Positions 52,871 to 64,000 of a stretch of 64,000 bases of DNA are shown piece after piece (within the stretch, counting starts at the first letter, position 1; the number at the start of each line of letters is the position of its first letter). The position numbers and the translations under genes were made by a program. A model generated the notes under the pieces. That model had not been told where the DNA came from, did no database searches, and saw only the letters and a list, made by a program, of their open reading frames with translations. Origin of the DNA: Protoeuglena noctilucae (taxonomy: Eukaryota); the NCBI GenBank assembly GCA_958009085.1, contig OY253670.1, positions 930,001 through 994,000 of the forward strand. Direction: 5' to 3'.

Positions 52871-53445
52871 CGCTGAATCGCTACGAAACCTGGCGGGCTC
52901 TGCCCCACCCACGCAGGGGGTCCCAGCACAGCTATGCGCTAGCCGCAAGTCGAATCCTCCCTGATGAAGCACGTTCATGACGCGCCTTTCATTCTCAGGG
53001 TCTAGGCCGGGCCAATCCGCTGGCCAAGCGTCGCGCGGCCCCGAGGCCCTGCCCACGGGTTCGCGGGCCCCTCACCTCCGGCACGTAGCCGGGTCCCAGG
53101 GGAGAGGGCCCGGATCCCGTTATTTTCCGTATCCAGTTTTGGACGCCCGCTTTATCGGCCGCCATGGCGCCCCTCCGCGGACCGGCCGCGGGCTAGCACG
53201 CGTGCCCTTCCTGCCACCTGGCAGACGTGACCGATGGCGCAATCGTCTCTCTCTCACGACGCTCGCGAAGCAGACGTGCATTCTACTCGTGGCTGTCCGT
53301 GGGATCGGATTTTGGGGCTTCCCCTGCCGGGCTGGGGCTGCCCTGGCAGGTCAAATGACTCGATGATGTCCGGCGCTGTCCGCTGAGAGATTTGGAAATC
53401 ACTAGTGTGTCGACACTAAGATCTCTAGTTTGGAAACCTATGGGG

Positions 53446-56400
53446 CTATCTAATTCTCCAGTCAGGCCAAGGACCGCCCAGCGTGGCCGGCTGCATGGAC
53501 GGCCCATCTCGAGCCGTGGCTTCGCCGCCCTCCCTATGCCAGCCCAGCGGCCGCTCCTCCTCGCCCCCGCCCGTGACCCCGCCCGTGGCAACGTGCGCGA
53601 AGTCCAGGACCGCCTGTGCCACGGACCCCGTCGCGCCCGGCTCGAACCGGGCACTCCGCATGAACCTGCCCAGCACCGGGGCCAGGCCGCTGACGACCGA
53701 GTCGAGCACGTGCTCACGCGCATCGTCCCAGCCGTCAGCCTTGCCCAGAGCCCGAATGGCTGCCATGCCATCCGGGGCCAGTCGCTGCGCCATCGCCTGC
53801 CGGGCGCCCTGGGACCGGGAAGAGAGGGATGCTTGGGATTGCATGAAACTCGATCATCCAGGCAAACAGCGCAAAGCACCCGCTGTGCACCTCCATGCCG
53901 CACCTGCCCCACGGCCCACCGCTGCCGGGGCGGCCCGCACGCCTCCCCCTCCCACGCGGCCCGCTCCCAATCCGGCGACCCAGTCGGCCACGCCTCCCTC
54001 TCTGGCAGCATCCGAGCCACGAGGGCCACCTCCCGCGCACCCGCACATGCGTCCGACTCGACCCCGGGGCACCCCACCGATGCGAGGAGCGCGGCCACGT
54101 CCTTGTCCAGCGCCGTGAAGATGGGGACGAGTCGCCCCGGCGGCACGAAGTACTCCAGCAGGGGCACCTGGGGTATGACCCTGCCGTTGCCAGCAGATGA
54201 GGATGACAGGATCAGCGCCTTTGCTCCAAGCTGCTCCGCCCGCACTGCCATCGACACCGCAGTGCACAGAGGCGGCCCGACTCCCACTGCGAGGACGGCC
54301 GCTCCGAGGAAGGGCGACGAGGCGCCTGGCGGAACGGAGCCCACGACGCCTGATGCACGTGCGCCTTGAGAGCGACGTGCGGTGCTCCCAGGTCGTGATG
54401 TCTCTGCCGTGCCGCTGCTCGGGCCATCACCAAGCACCCCGCGGCACAACGTGGCTTCCACCACCAAGAGGAGAGGCGCGGTGAGGGCCGGGGCGACCTC
54501 AGGCTCCGCCTCGTCGCCTGCAGCAGCAGGGACGCTTAGAACAGGCAGTGAGTCTCAGCCATCCAGCGGCGCGGCCCACCTCAACGTCACAGTCAAGAGC
54601 TCGCAGGCTCACCCTGGCACCACCCGTCGCGCTTAGCACCCGCCGCCATTTGTCTGGCCACCCAAGCCGCGCCCTCGCAACCGCACATCGAGTGCCCCCA
54701 CCGCACGTTGTCCGCTTCATCCTGCTGCCCAGCCTCGCCTCGACCCTCGCCCGCCTCTCCCTCACCCCTTCCGCTGTCCCCGCCCGCGCCTGACCTCAGC
54801 AGCGCCAGGCTGTCCCATAGATCCGCCTCCGCCCAGTCGAACCAGCTCCATGCCGCCTCGTGCCACCGCACGCACCCCTTGCTTCCCGAAACGTCGCACC
54901 AGGGCCGGCGGAGGTGCTGGTGGGCGGGGCGACCCTGTCTCTCACAAACGCCGCCGCCTGCGCCCCGAGCAGCCCCGTCTCTTAACGTCCAGGGATCTCT
55001 CTTGCCCCGCCATGGTCGATTGGACGTGGCCTGGCCCGCGCCCCTGCCACGGCTTCTTGAAGGGTCGAAGTACCTCCTGCCGTTGAGCTGGGAAGGCACG
55101 GTCGGCATCCGTGACGCCACGCACCCTTGGGCAGTAGAGACGTCGAGCGTCCACATCGGCGTCTCCGAGACGGACATGACCATTTGCACCCCGACCCACG
55201 GGCCCAGTGGCATCTGCGCCAGCCAGCCCTCGTCAGAGGGGGTCGCCTGCGAGTGCGAGCATGCCAACACCTTGCAATTGTTAGGAAGATGGCGCTCACA
55301 AATGCGAAACCTAGCAGTAAGAGTGGTGTCTCCTCACGTGGGGATCGAGAGGGAAATGCACCAGGTCTCGGCACACGGGCTGCTTGGACTCCGGGGAGTG
55401 GACGTTGCGGCCGAGGAGGCAAGCGAACCGCGCCAGCACCTGCGGGATCGACAGCAATAGAGAGCATTTGTCGGACGCTGCATGGACCGCGCTTACTCAC
55501 ACCAGCCATGCAACACTGGTGCGACTGGTGAGGGTGGCGGTTGTTGTAAGTGCGGGACAACATGTGACACCACACCTCTTGTCGGGTCTTGTGCATGGAG
55601 TCGAGCAGCTCTCGGGCCCCCAGCTGCGACGCCGGCCCGGACGCCATCGCCTCGTAAAGGTCCGATGGCGACTCCTCATGCAGCTGTTCCGCCAGTAGCG
55701 ACAGGCCCTCCCCGCCGCGCATGGTCTGCAACGCTGCGGAGGATGCCAAGCACGCCCGGCACCGGCGGCGTCTGCGCAGCACAGGGGAGGTGACAAGAGT
55801 CATCAGGGCACATGGAGCAACCAGCGATATCAATGCTATGTGAGGCGCTTGAGCGACTTCGCGATGCCTTTGGCGCAGCCCGTGTATGGATGACACCTGA
55901 TCAGGGCCGCGTCCCGTGCATCCAGCCCCAGGTGAGGGAAGACGTGCTGCAGCCCCTCCACCGCTTCCCGCATCGCTTCGCTTGGCTCGTCGTCGTCGCC
56001 CAGCGTCGCCCCGCAAATCCCCGCACACGTCTTATCTTGCCACTCGCAGCCCAAGGCGCCCTCTCGCGCCACCCCGGGCTCTGCGTGCATTTGCACCGCC
56101 TCCCAGCCCAGGCGACCGACAGACGTTGCGATACGGTCCAGGCTGGCTGGGATAAAGGGCAGACTGTCACCCCAGGGCCGCATATCGGGGCAGCTGTCCG
56201 AGACAGCAGGTACGCAGGGTGGAACGCTGGGGTTCCCCGTGAAACGCAAAGCGTCCCGGTCCTGCGACACCGTGGGGCACATGAGGCGACAAGTGAGCTG
56301 AGAATGTGAGAGGGAGTTGCGAGCAGAGATTGCGTTCCCATGTCACGTGGCTCTCCTTTGCAGCCCGTCGCGCATGCGTTGGCGTCACCTGGGCGGGCTG

Positions 56401-58747
56401 CACGGGGAGCGGGTGGCCCTCCGTGCTCATGACAAACGCGTCCGCCATGCCCCGGGCGCCCTTCAGCAGAAGGTACGGGTACATGACGGTCTCGGATAGG
56501 AAATACGACTCGGCCTTGTCCTCCAATCGGAACGCCTCACCGGCGACATCGACGACGCTGGCAAAGCCACACGGGCCGCGCAGCTTGGTCAGGACCAGCG
56601 CCATCGTCTCCCGAGCCTGCATGAAGCAAGGGACGACGCGAGCACGATGGATGTCGAAAGATGCCAGCCACTAAGTGCCGACCTGGTCTGCACCCCTGCA
56701 GCCACCTTCGCCGGTCGCGACCCACAACCCTTCAGAGGCTGGTTGGGTTCACTCGCCACCCACCTGCTCCACGAATTGGTAATCTCCCGTGGCTTCGAAC
56801 AGCGCCCAGGCAGACTCGAGCATTTCCGGCCGCAGCGGCCAGCCCCTCATCACCGGGTGGACCCACCCGCCCCCCGCATGCCACTCCTCACTCAGCAGGC
56901 CCCCGCTCCGGGCAGCCTGCCGCGTGAAAGCCTCGTGCATCCTCCGCGCCTGCTCCTCGTGGCCCAGCGTCGCAGCCATGCCCGGCCAGAATGCCGCCAG
57001 GCTGCTGACCCAGCTCTTCGCGAGGACTCCTGCGAGAGCCAACTGCTAGAGCCGTCTCTGGCACGCCCTCAACGATGGAAGACCCACTGTCCGAGAGCAA
57101 TGCTGCCAGTACACACAGCGACGGCGCACCCCGTGCACCTGTGTAGATGTCCACATCCAGCAGCCACGCGTCGCTGGACATCTCCAGCAGTTGGCTGTGG
57201 ATGTCTCCGTGGAAAAAGACCGCAGACGCGTACGCCTCGGCAAAGGCAGCCAGGAGCTCCTCGTACCCAAACATCAAGTACCCTGCGCGCGATCGACCTC
57301 TGGGGCCTATCTCATTGTGTTTGTTCCCGGGGACGCTGCTCGAGCTTAACTCTAAGCCCAACAACATCCCAGAGGCCCCGCCAATCCCCGTGCTCGCCTT
57401 TCAGCAGGTACTCGTAGAAACTGTCCGACATGGCGCCCACGGTGGCCATGTCACGCGTCCACCGGCCGTCGTACACGTCCGCCATCGTGCCGTAGAGACC
57501 GAGGGGCGAGCGCATGGACACCAGCGCCGCCACTGACGCCAGGGCAGCCTCCTCGAAGCGCGGGTCCCCTGACAGACGCGACAGGAGGCCCATCTCTAGG
57601 ACAAAGGTGCCGGCTGTGGCTGCGGGCATCAAGGGACGCTGCCGCCTCACTCTGCCTTGTGCAACGATGAGCGACAGCCTCAGGCGTCAAGTCACCAACA
57701 CCCACTGCCGGGGTTGGGAGTCGACGACCGCTTGGCCCCGATGCAAAGCGCACCCGTGTTGGTCTCCCAGTCTCGCAGGTCCCTGCTCCACGTCCGCATG
57801 TCCACGTGGGCCGTGGGCAGGCCACTGGTGGTGGCGAAGGCAGGCAAGAGGCGCAGGCCGACCTCCACGGCCTTGCCCAGCAGACAGCCGTCGTAGGGGC
57901 GTCGTAGGTCAGGTCCCGGGGTCGGCCCGACGTCTGATGTGGCTGCACACGACCACACGGCGGGCGGCGGCGGTGAACCGACCTCTGTCCCAAGAAACCA
58001 CTCCACGGACGGCACCCCGCCTGGACCATCGGCACCGAACCCTCGCCGTTCCCTCACGTCGCCGCACGCGCTCCCCGCCTGCCCACACCGCGCCCACTGG
58101 GTGGAAGTCAGGCGCTTCACTTGTTCGACGGGCACGGCCACGAAAGCGGGGCACCTCTCCAGAAGCGCATGCGCCGAGAGGAGGCCCCCAAGCACGCGGA
58201 TGTTGACCTCGAACGCGTTCGCAGTGCCGACGGTCGCCGGGGCGAGGCTGTCGCAGACCCACTCCACGGCTGCGGCCGTGCGTGTGCGGTCGCCCATCAG
58301 AACCAACGTGCTGCGGGCACGGAGGGTAGGCTGCCAGGGTCATCGCAGCTGTCGTGCGCTTGCAGACCGTGTCGCCGGGCAGGGAATTGGCGTCACCTGA
58401 GAGCATCGACTGCCGTGGACGACAGGCCCCCAAACTCGTCGTAGCCCGAGCAGGAGAGGGGCTTCAGGCTGTCGTGGGGCGCAGCAACGCGCATGTACGC
58501 ATCGAACTGTGCGGCTGCCATACTGACAAGGTGCTCCGGCGCAATGCGGCGACTGCGGGCGGAAGCAGGGCAAGTTGTCGCCCCCGCAGCGGCGAAACAC
58601 TCTATGAATTTGTCATGAGACTGACCTGATGTTCTCGTCGACATCCTTGCTCGCGATTGTTGGCGAGGGGGAGGGAGAGAGAGAGGGAGGCAGGAGGGAA
58701 ACGGCGGCCAGGACCCACGTAGCGAGGCCGAGGAGCTCGAGCAACAT
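53446..58747 (-). CDS. EDEM-like GH47 alpha-1,2-mannosidase with a C-terminal PA-like region
   Basis: Signal peptide, HDSLKPLSC, VDALS|TL, FEVNIRVLGGLLSAH, DSFYEYLLK, WPLRPEMLES, ESYFLSET, STEGH and PA-like AVRAEQLGAKALIL. The 3' end is uncertain. Confidence 0.85.
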
Positions 58748-58862
58748 ACGCGTCCCCTGGCCTTACGGCCATTCACCACGCAAAGCAAAGAGTAATGATG
58801 ACCGGCTCGTGAGGGTTTTATGACCATCGGCCTCTCGGGGGTGCGGCCCCATGCCGTGCAAG

Positions 58863-59802
58863 ATGCGGCTCATCATCACGAGCAGCGGGGTGGCCAGCAG
58901 GGCCCGCCCCTCACACCCCACGCTCTCCCGTCGCGGCATGTGCGGCTATCGCCAAGTTGCACTCGTTTGCTCGTTTGTGCCGCAGTCGTTTCTTGCATGT
59001 CTGATGCGAGACACCTCGACTGGCCGCGAACACTCGATCCTGCGTCCATCTCATCGGCTGTGGATCACATCGGTTCCAACCGACGATGTCTCTGCGTGTC
59101 GCCGCGGCGCGCCCGAGCGCGCTGGGCCACAGGCGAGCGACGCGCGACCCCAACCCTCTCGTGTGGAGGTGGTGCACTGTCGTTAGGCTGGCGAACCTGT
59201 GGCGCGCGTCCTCGCGACCGCGCGGGACGAGGAGCGGCTCTGCAACCCTTCCCGTGGTGCCTGCAGGAGCCCGGCGACAGCGCCGCGTCCTGGCCATCAC
59301 GCCGCCCGGAGGTGTCCTCTGAGGACGCATGGAGGCCGGAAAGGGGTGTTGAATCCTGTGCGCGCGATCGAGATCGACTGGTCGGACCCGGACACCTGGA
59401 TTGGTGCCGGGGGCGCCATCTTGGGCCTCGCGATGGGTATCGGCGCTCCCATCCTGTACATGAAGGCGGCAGGTGATTGAGAATCGCCGTTTTTGCTCGC
59501 CTGCCCTGCGCGGGAATGCAGAGCGCAGCGGTCGTCAGGCACCCGCACCGAGTGCGCGCAGAGCGGGACGAGGAGCGCCTGGAGGAGCTCCGGGAGCTCA
59601 ACAGGGCGACCAAGGAAGCGACGGGGGAGTACATGTCGGAGGTGGGAGCCTACGCGCGCATGGGCTCGTGCAACATGGTGGGAACACTTCCCGTGCTGGA
59701 CCATTTCACTTCTTGTGCTCCCTTTGTGTGGCACAGGAGGAAATCCGGGCCATCCGGGTCCCCAAGTGGACGGACCGCAGGGAGTTCGTGGATGACGACT
59801 GA
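58863..59802 (+). CDS. Small single-TM, probably thylakoid, protein of unknown function
   Basis: EIDWSDPDTWIGAGGAILGLAMGIGAPILYMKA|ERDEERLEELRELNR...|EEIRAIRVPKWTDRREFVDDD*. The start is uncertain. Confidence 0.6.
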
Positions 59803-59968
59803 GTGACTGAGGTGGTGGAACGCTGCACCTGTAGTTAGTGTACCACTCAACAAACCGGGTTCAAAATTGTGGCTGCGAATTCGTGGGGCCCATCTTCTGT
59901 GCAGCCAGGACAGAAGGCGCTAGAGCATGAGGAACGGGGTGACTGGCTGGGTGCACATTGGACGCCAT

Positions 59969-61758
59969 CTACATGCAAAGCCACCTCCGCCAGTGCCGTG
60001 GCCGAGATGCGCGACCCGATGACCGCCCTTGGCCCTCCCGGTTGAGCAGCCTGCTAAACCACTTGCGACCCTCTGCGTCGTCCCTGACGTGGGCACCACT
60101 CGCCTCGCCCACACCCGTGCTACCAGTCGCACAGGCATGTGGTTCCAGACCTAGCCCACTCGCGTGCCCACGAGGCCATGCAACCTCGCCCCTGTTGCCC
60201 CTCTCTGATTGCATAGCCAGGGGCCCCTTGCGACAGTCCCCGGGCCTCGCGCCCGCCGCTGTATTCCCGGATTGACCCATCGACGTCGTCGGCTGCGAGT
60301 GCACATCGACGCTCGTCGCCGGACCTGACGAGAGGGCCTGGGAGCGGCTGAAGCTGCCCCCGGCGCGCTTCAATGGCCCGTCTTCCTCGGAAAGCAGACC
60401 ATCTTTTGTGGATGACGCCTTGGTGCGAAGATAGAGCCGAGGCAGGATCCTGTGGTGGGGAGCGTCGCAGGTTCATTTGCGAGAAACCCCTGGGGGCGGA
60501 GTAAAGCTGCTAGGAAGAAGCGGCGCCACCGAGCCTCACGAGCTGTCGTCACGGGGTCGCGTCGCCTCTGCCCCGGTGAAGCGGTTTGGGTGCAGCTGTT
60601 GCCACAGTTCCGGACTCATGTGTTCGGTGAGCCACGGATGGTGGTAGAGCTCCAGAGCTGCGGGGGCGCAGGGGCAAGCTCGCACACTCCCATGCGCTGC
60701 TGCAGCCAGGCGGGGGGCCAGAGACGCAGGCATCGCACCTGTGGGTCTCTTGTCAGGATCAGGGGTCAGGCACGCCTTCACAAATTCCTCCGCAAGGGCA
60801 GAGTGCTTCTCCTTGATGCCCCAGCCGTCGCCGTTGTAGATGGGCGCCACGCAGTCCCGGTACGACCCCTGCCCTTTGCCACGGGAGAAGAAGCCCCGCG
60901 AGAGCAGCAGCTCAGCGGTGAGGACGCCGAATGACCACACGTCCGCTGACACGCCGTAGCCTCGGCGCAAAGAGCGAGGCACCGCCGCGCAGTCCTGCAG
61001 GGGCGCAACAGGAGGGCGATACACGGTCGGAAATGGTCGCCAGCTGGAGCACGCAGCGTGGCGAGGGTCGCCCGCGCCTCACCGTGCTGTTGAGGTCGGT
61101 GGGGTCGGTCAGGGCGACTTCCGGGGCCATGCAGCGGGAGGTGCCACAGATCGACAGGCGGCGCTGGGCCTCGCAGGCGAAGCCAAAGTCGGAGAGCTTG
61201 ACGACGCCCTCACTCGTCAGCAGCACGTTCTCGAGCTTGACGTCCCGGTGAAGCACCCCCTGGGCATGGAGCGTCGCTAGCGCCGACGCCAGGGGCCCGA
61301 CCACAGAGTTGACGAGGCTGCGTTGGCCCTGGTACAGGTCCCCGTAGCGCAACCACAGGTCCCTGCCCTCCGCCACAGGTAGGACGATGAAGGCAGAGTC
61401 TCTCGTCCGGACGAGGTCCAGCACCGGCATGACGTGTGGATGCCCCATGCATCTCGATTGCAGGCCATACTCGCGCTCTCCGGACCGGACACGCTTGAGC
61501 GCTACGTGAGCCTCGCGTACCTTGTCCCACGCCAGCCTGCGTGACGGCGCGCTTACTTTGCTTGTGCAGAAGCGGGAGCGCGATAAATCTTTGCTGAAGG
61601 TCGACAGATATGGCTGGCACGGCAAGGTTAATGAATGTCATTAAGGTCAAATGGCCTCACCAGACGGTGCCGTTTGTGCCCGTCCCGAGTGCACCAAGAC
61701 ACTCAAATTGAACCAGATGCGGATATTGCGGTGTAAAAGGGTCGCCAAGCATGGTCAT
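59969..61758 (-). CDS. Ser/Thr protein kinase (Aurora/CAMK-like)
   Basis: LGTGTNGTVW|LA, VALK, LHRDVKLENVLL, KLSDFG, CGTSRCMAPEV and ADVWSFGV. The last exon is inferred. Confidence 0.85.
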
Positions 61759-62116
61759 AAGGTGTTTAACTCTCGTCACATGAATGTGGATGCGGGGAGG
61801 CGTTGCAGGCCGCCGGCCCGTGATATGGGCTGCTGACGCGCCACACACGAATCAAGCAAACTGTCAATGTCAAGGGACCGTCGCACTGCCAGGTTCAGCG
61901 CGGAGGGGCTTGACCACGCTACGGGGGTACTGACGTGGTACTGGAGGTCTGGTTCTGGTCACGGTTGCCCAAGAAAAGGCACCTCGCCCACACTCTTCCA
62001 GGATTGGCACCACGTTCCGCTTCACAAACGCGCTGTGAGGATTTCTTGAGTTTTTGCGCAAAGTGCTTCCAGTCACGAGCGCGACACCGCGAGCTTGGGC
62101 ACGGGGAGACGTCCCG

Positions 62117-64000
62117 ATGATCGGGGCGAGGGACCTTGGACGCGTCGGCGCCAGCCCGTCGGCCCTCGCCTCGCCCGTCGGCCTGCCCGCCTGGGCAGCA
62201 GCACCCCTGCGCTGCCTGCCGGGCACAGCGCCCCGGCGATCGCGTGGGACGATGGGTACGCAGCGTAGGAAGTTGACGATACAGAAAGCCACTCCGAGTG
62301 CGCCGGGATCGGGGTACACGACCAGGGCGGAGGACTTCACCCAGGTGAGGGCCCAGGAGCCCTTCCTCGCTTCGTGCTGGCCCGGACGTTACCTGGCCCC
62401 ACCCCTTGCACTGTCCCGATCTCAACGATGCTGGCCCGCGCGGCCAAGCGCGCCGCCAACGCCCACCCGCGCGGGTCGTTCGCTGGTGTCCAGGAGCTCG
62501 CGGCTGAGGAGTCCGAGGCCGAGCGCCTGGAATCGGAGGCCCGGCAGATCCTCGCCGATCTGGCAGTGGCAGAGGAGACGGTGGAGAAGCTCGGATCCGA
62601 GCTGGACGCCCTCTTCGCCGCGGTGTTGGGAGAAACGAGTCTGGAGGGCACGGGCCTCGACGGGGACGCGCCGGGCCCGGCGTTCGCCGGAATCACCGAA
62701 GCGATGTTTACAAGTTTGGCGAGGGATCGCGCCCCTGACGCAGAGGCGCTCCTGAGGCTGTCGGAGGAGCGCGTGGGGCCGGCGCAGTGGCGGACCTTCC
62801 AAGTGAGGCACCCGCCGCGCCCTCCGTGCACGCGGCCGCCCGGCAGTCGGTCCTCCATCTCTTTTTCGACGACGCTCTTTCATCGCAGGCACAGACGCAG
62901 GACATCAAGCTCAGGAAAACCAGGGCGGAGCAGGAGGTGGCGTCGCTCCGCGGCCGCCTGGCCGACCTCAGGTGCGATGCCTGGCCGGGGCCGTCAGAGG
63001 TGACAGAGCAACCGTTTTGCACTGGAGACGTTGGCAGCTTGCGCGTCTCACCCTGTCTGCAGGCGCGCGCAGTCGGCACAGGCAGCCACGTCATCCGCAA
63101 GAGAGAGGGCCGAAGGGGCCGGGGCCGCTTCCACCGCCACGCTGGCCCCTCGTGTCGGGGACCGCGTCCGCATCGTGATGATCACGGGCTTCGAGTCGTT
63201 CAACAACGGCCTCTACCAAGACGTGGCTCGCCAGCTCTCCCTCGTCTGCCCCCAGGCAGAGCTCCTGGTCTTCAGTGACCGCGGTGAGGCCCGCAACTCA
63301 GGACGCACCACCGCTTGCTCCCTCACCGCTCCCTCACTGCTTGGCCCACTCCACTCCGCACCCTTACCCTGCAGACATCAAGGGCAGGCCGGATGCGCTG
63401 GAGCGTGCGCTGGCCAAAGCCGACGTCTTCTTCGCGTCCCTCGTCTTTGACTTTGACGAGGTCGAGTGGCTGAGGGCCCGCGTCCAGCGTGTCCCCCTGC
63501 GCTTCTGTTTCGAGAGCGCGCTGGAGCTGATGCAGGTCACGCAGGTCGGGAGCTTCGCCATGGGCGCGCCCGACCCCGGCAAGCGTAGCGGGCCGCCTCC
63601 GATCGTACGGAAGGTCCTCGGCCTCTTCGGATCCCAGGCGAGGCGGCGGGGCGATCGATCTTTATAGTAGCGGAACGCCAAGGCTTGGTTGAGAACGAAG
63701 TTGATTGAGGTTGATGAGACAGGGACCCCATGGTGACAGCGCAGCACGTTGTTGCTGCCGGCAAGCCGATGCAAACTGCCCCCTTCGCGTTGCAGAGGGA
63801 GGAGGACAAGCTCGTCGGGTACCTGTCTTTCCTCAAGATCGGCCCCAAGCTCCTCCGCTTCATCCCTGGCGGCAAGGCTCGGGACTTGCGCAACTGGTTG
63901 CAGGTGTGGCTACGGGCACGCGCGCGAGTGGTCATTGACACCAAGTGACCCAGACGGTCATGTTGACGACGTTGAATGGCTTTCCACACGCAGGTGTACG
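62117..64000 (+). CDS. Mg-chelatase subunit H-like (ChlH2/BchH-type, CobN/Mg-chelatase family); runs off the window
   Basis: RIVMITGFESFN..LY, VFSDR|DI, ADVFFASLVFDFDEVEWL, FESALELM...GSFAM and REEDKLVGYLSFLKIGPKLLRFIPG. Confidence 0.88.

Noticed and set aside
53388..53445. AT-rich patch with hairpin TAGTGT-GTCG-ACACTA and two TTTGGAAA copies
   Set aside because: It is too short to distinguish from chance 3'-UTR sequence, and there are no terminal repeats or target-site duplication for a MITE call.

Overview
This is eukaryotic nuclear DNA, not prokaryotic. It is very GC-rich (roughly 70% by eye) and gene-dense, with short spliceosomal introns (mostly about 60-150 nt) and intergenic gaps of 100-400 nt. 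Plastid-targeted genes (cpTatC, ChlH-like, 6PGL) together with the cilia-associated ATAT1 indicate a flagellate green alga; the exact lineage cannot be determined from the sequence alone. About 25 intron-containing protein genes can be reconstructed: S1P lyase, ATAT1, TAF1B/Rrn7, DUF3783, TRM7, TatC, SVIP-like, SLC35F6-like, a giant coiled-coil protein, an expansin-like DPBB protein, two membrane class III nucleotide cyclases, a CUEDC2-like protein, an MFS transporter, a MUG/TDG-like glycosylase, DUF4399, a multi-TM protein, GPAT9, TAF13, a pfkB kinase, 6PGL, CCDC86/Cgr1, an NDR kinase, an EDEM-like GH47, a Ser/Thr kinase and a ChlH2-type Mg-chelatase subunit. No rRNA, tRNA, CRISPR array or intact transposon was seen. 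The strongest unusual signal is the abundance of non-canonical GC-AG introns: at least 14, mostly AG|GCGAG, fixed by conserved protein motifs, with 4 in the NDR kinase alone. Also notable are two nucleotide cyclases with non-standard substrate-specifying residues, overlapping stop codons in convergent genes, a duplicated 3' splice site, tandem duplications at gene ends, a PT-repeat insertion in a transporter and a structured low-GC island. Gene ends and exon boundaries were read by eye; 5' ends are the least certain.
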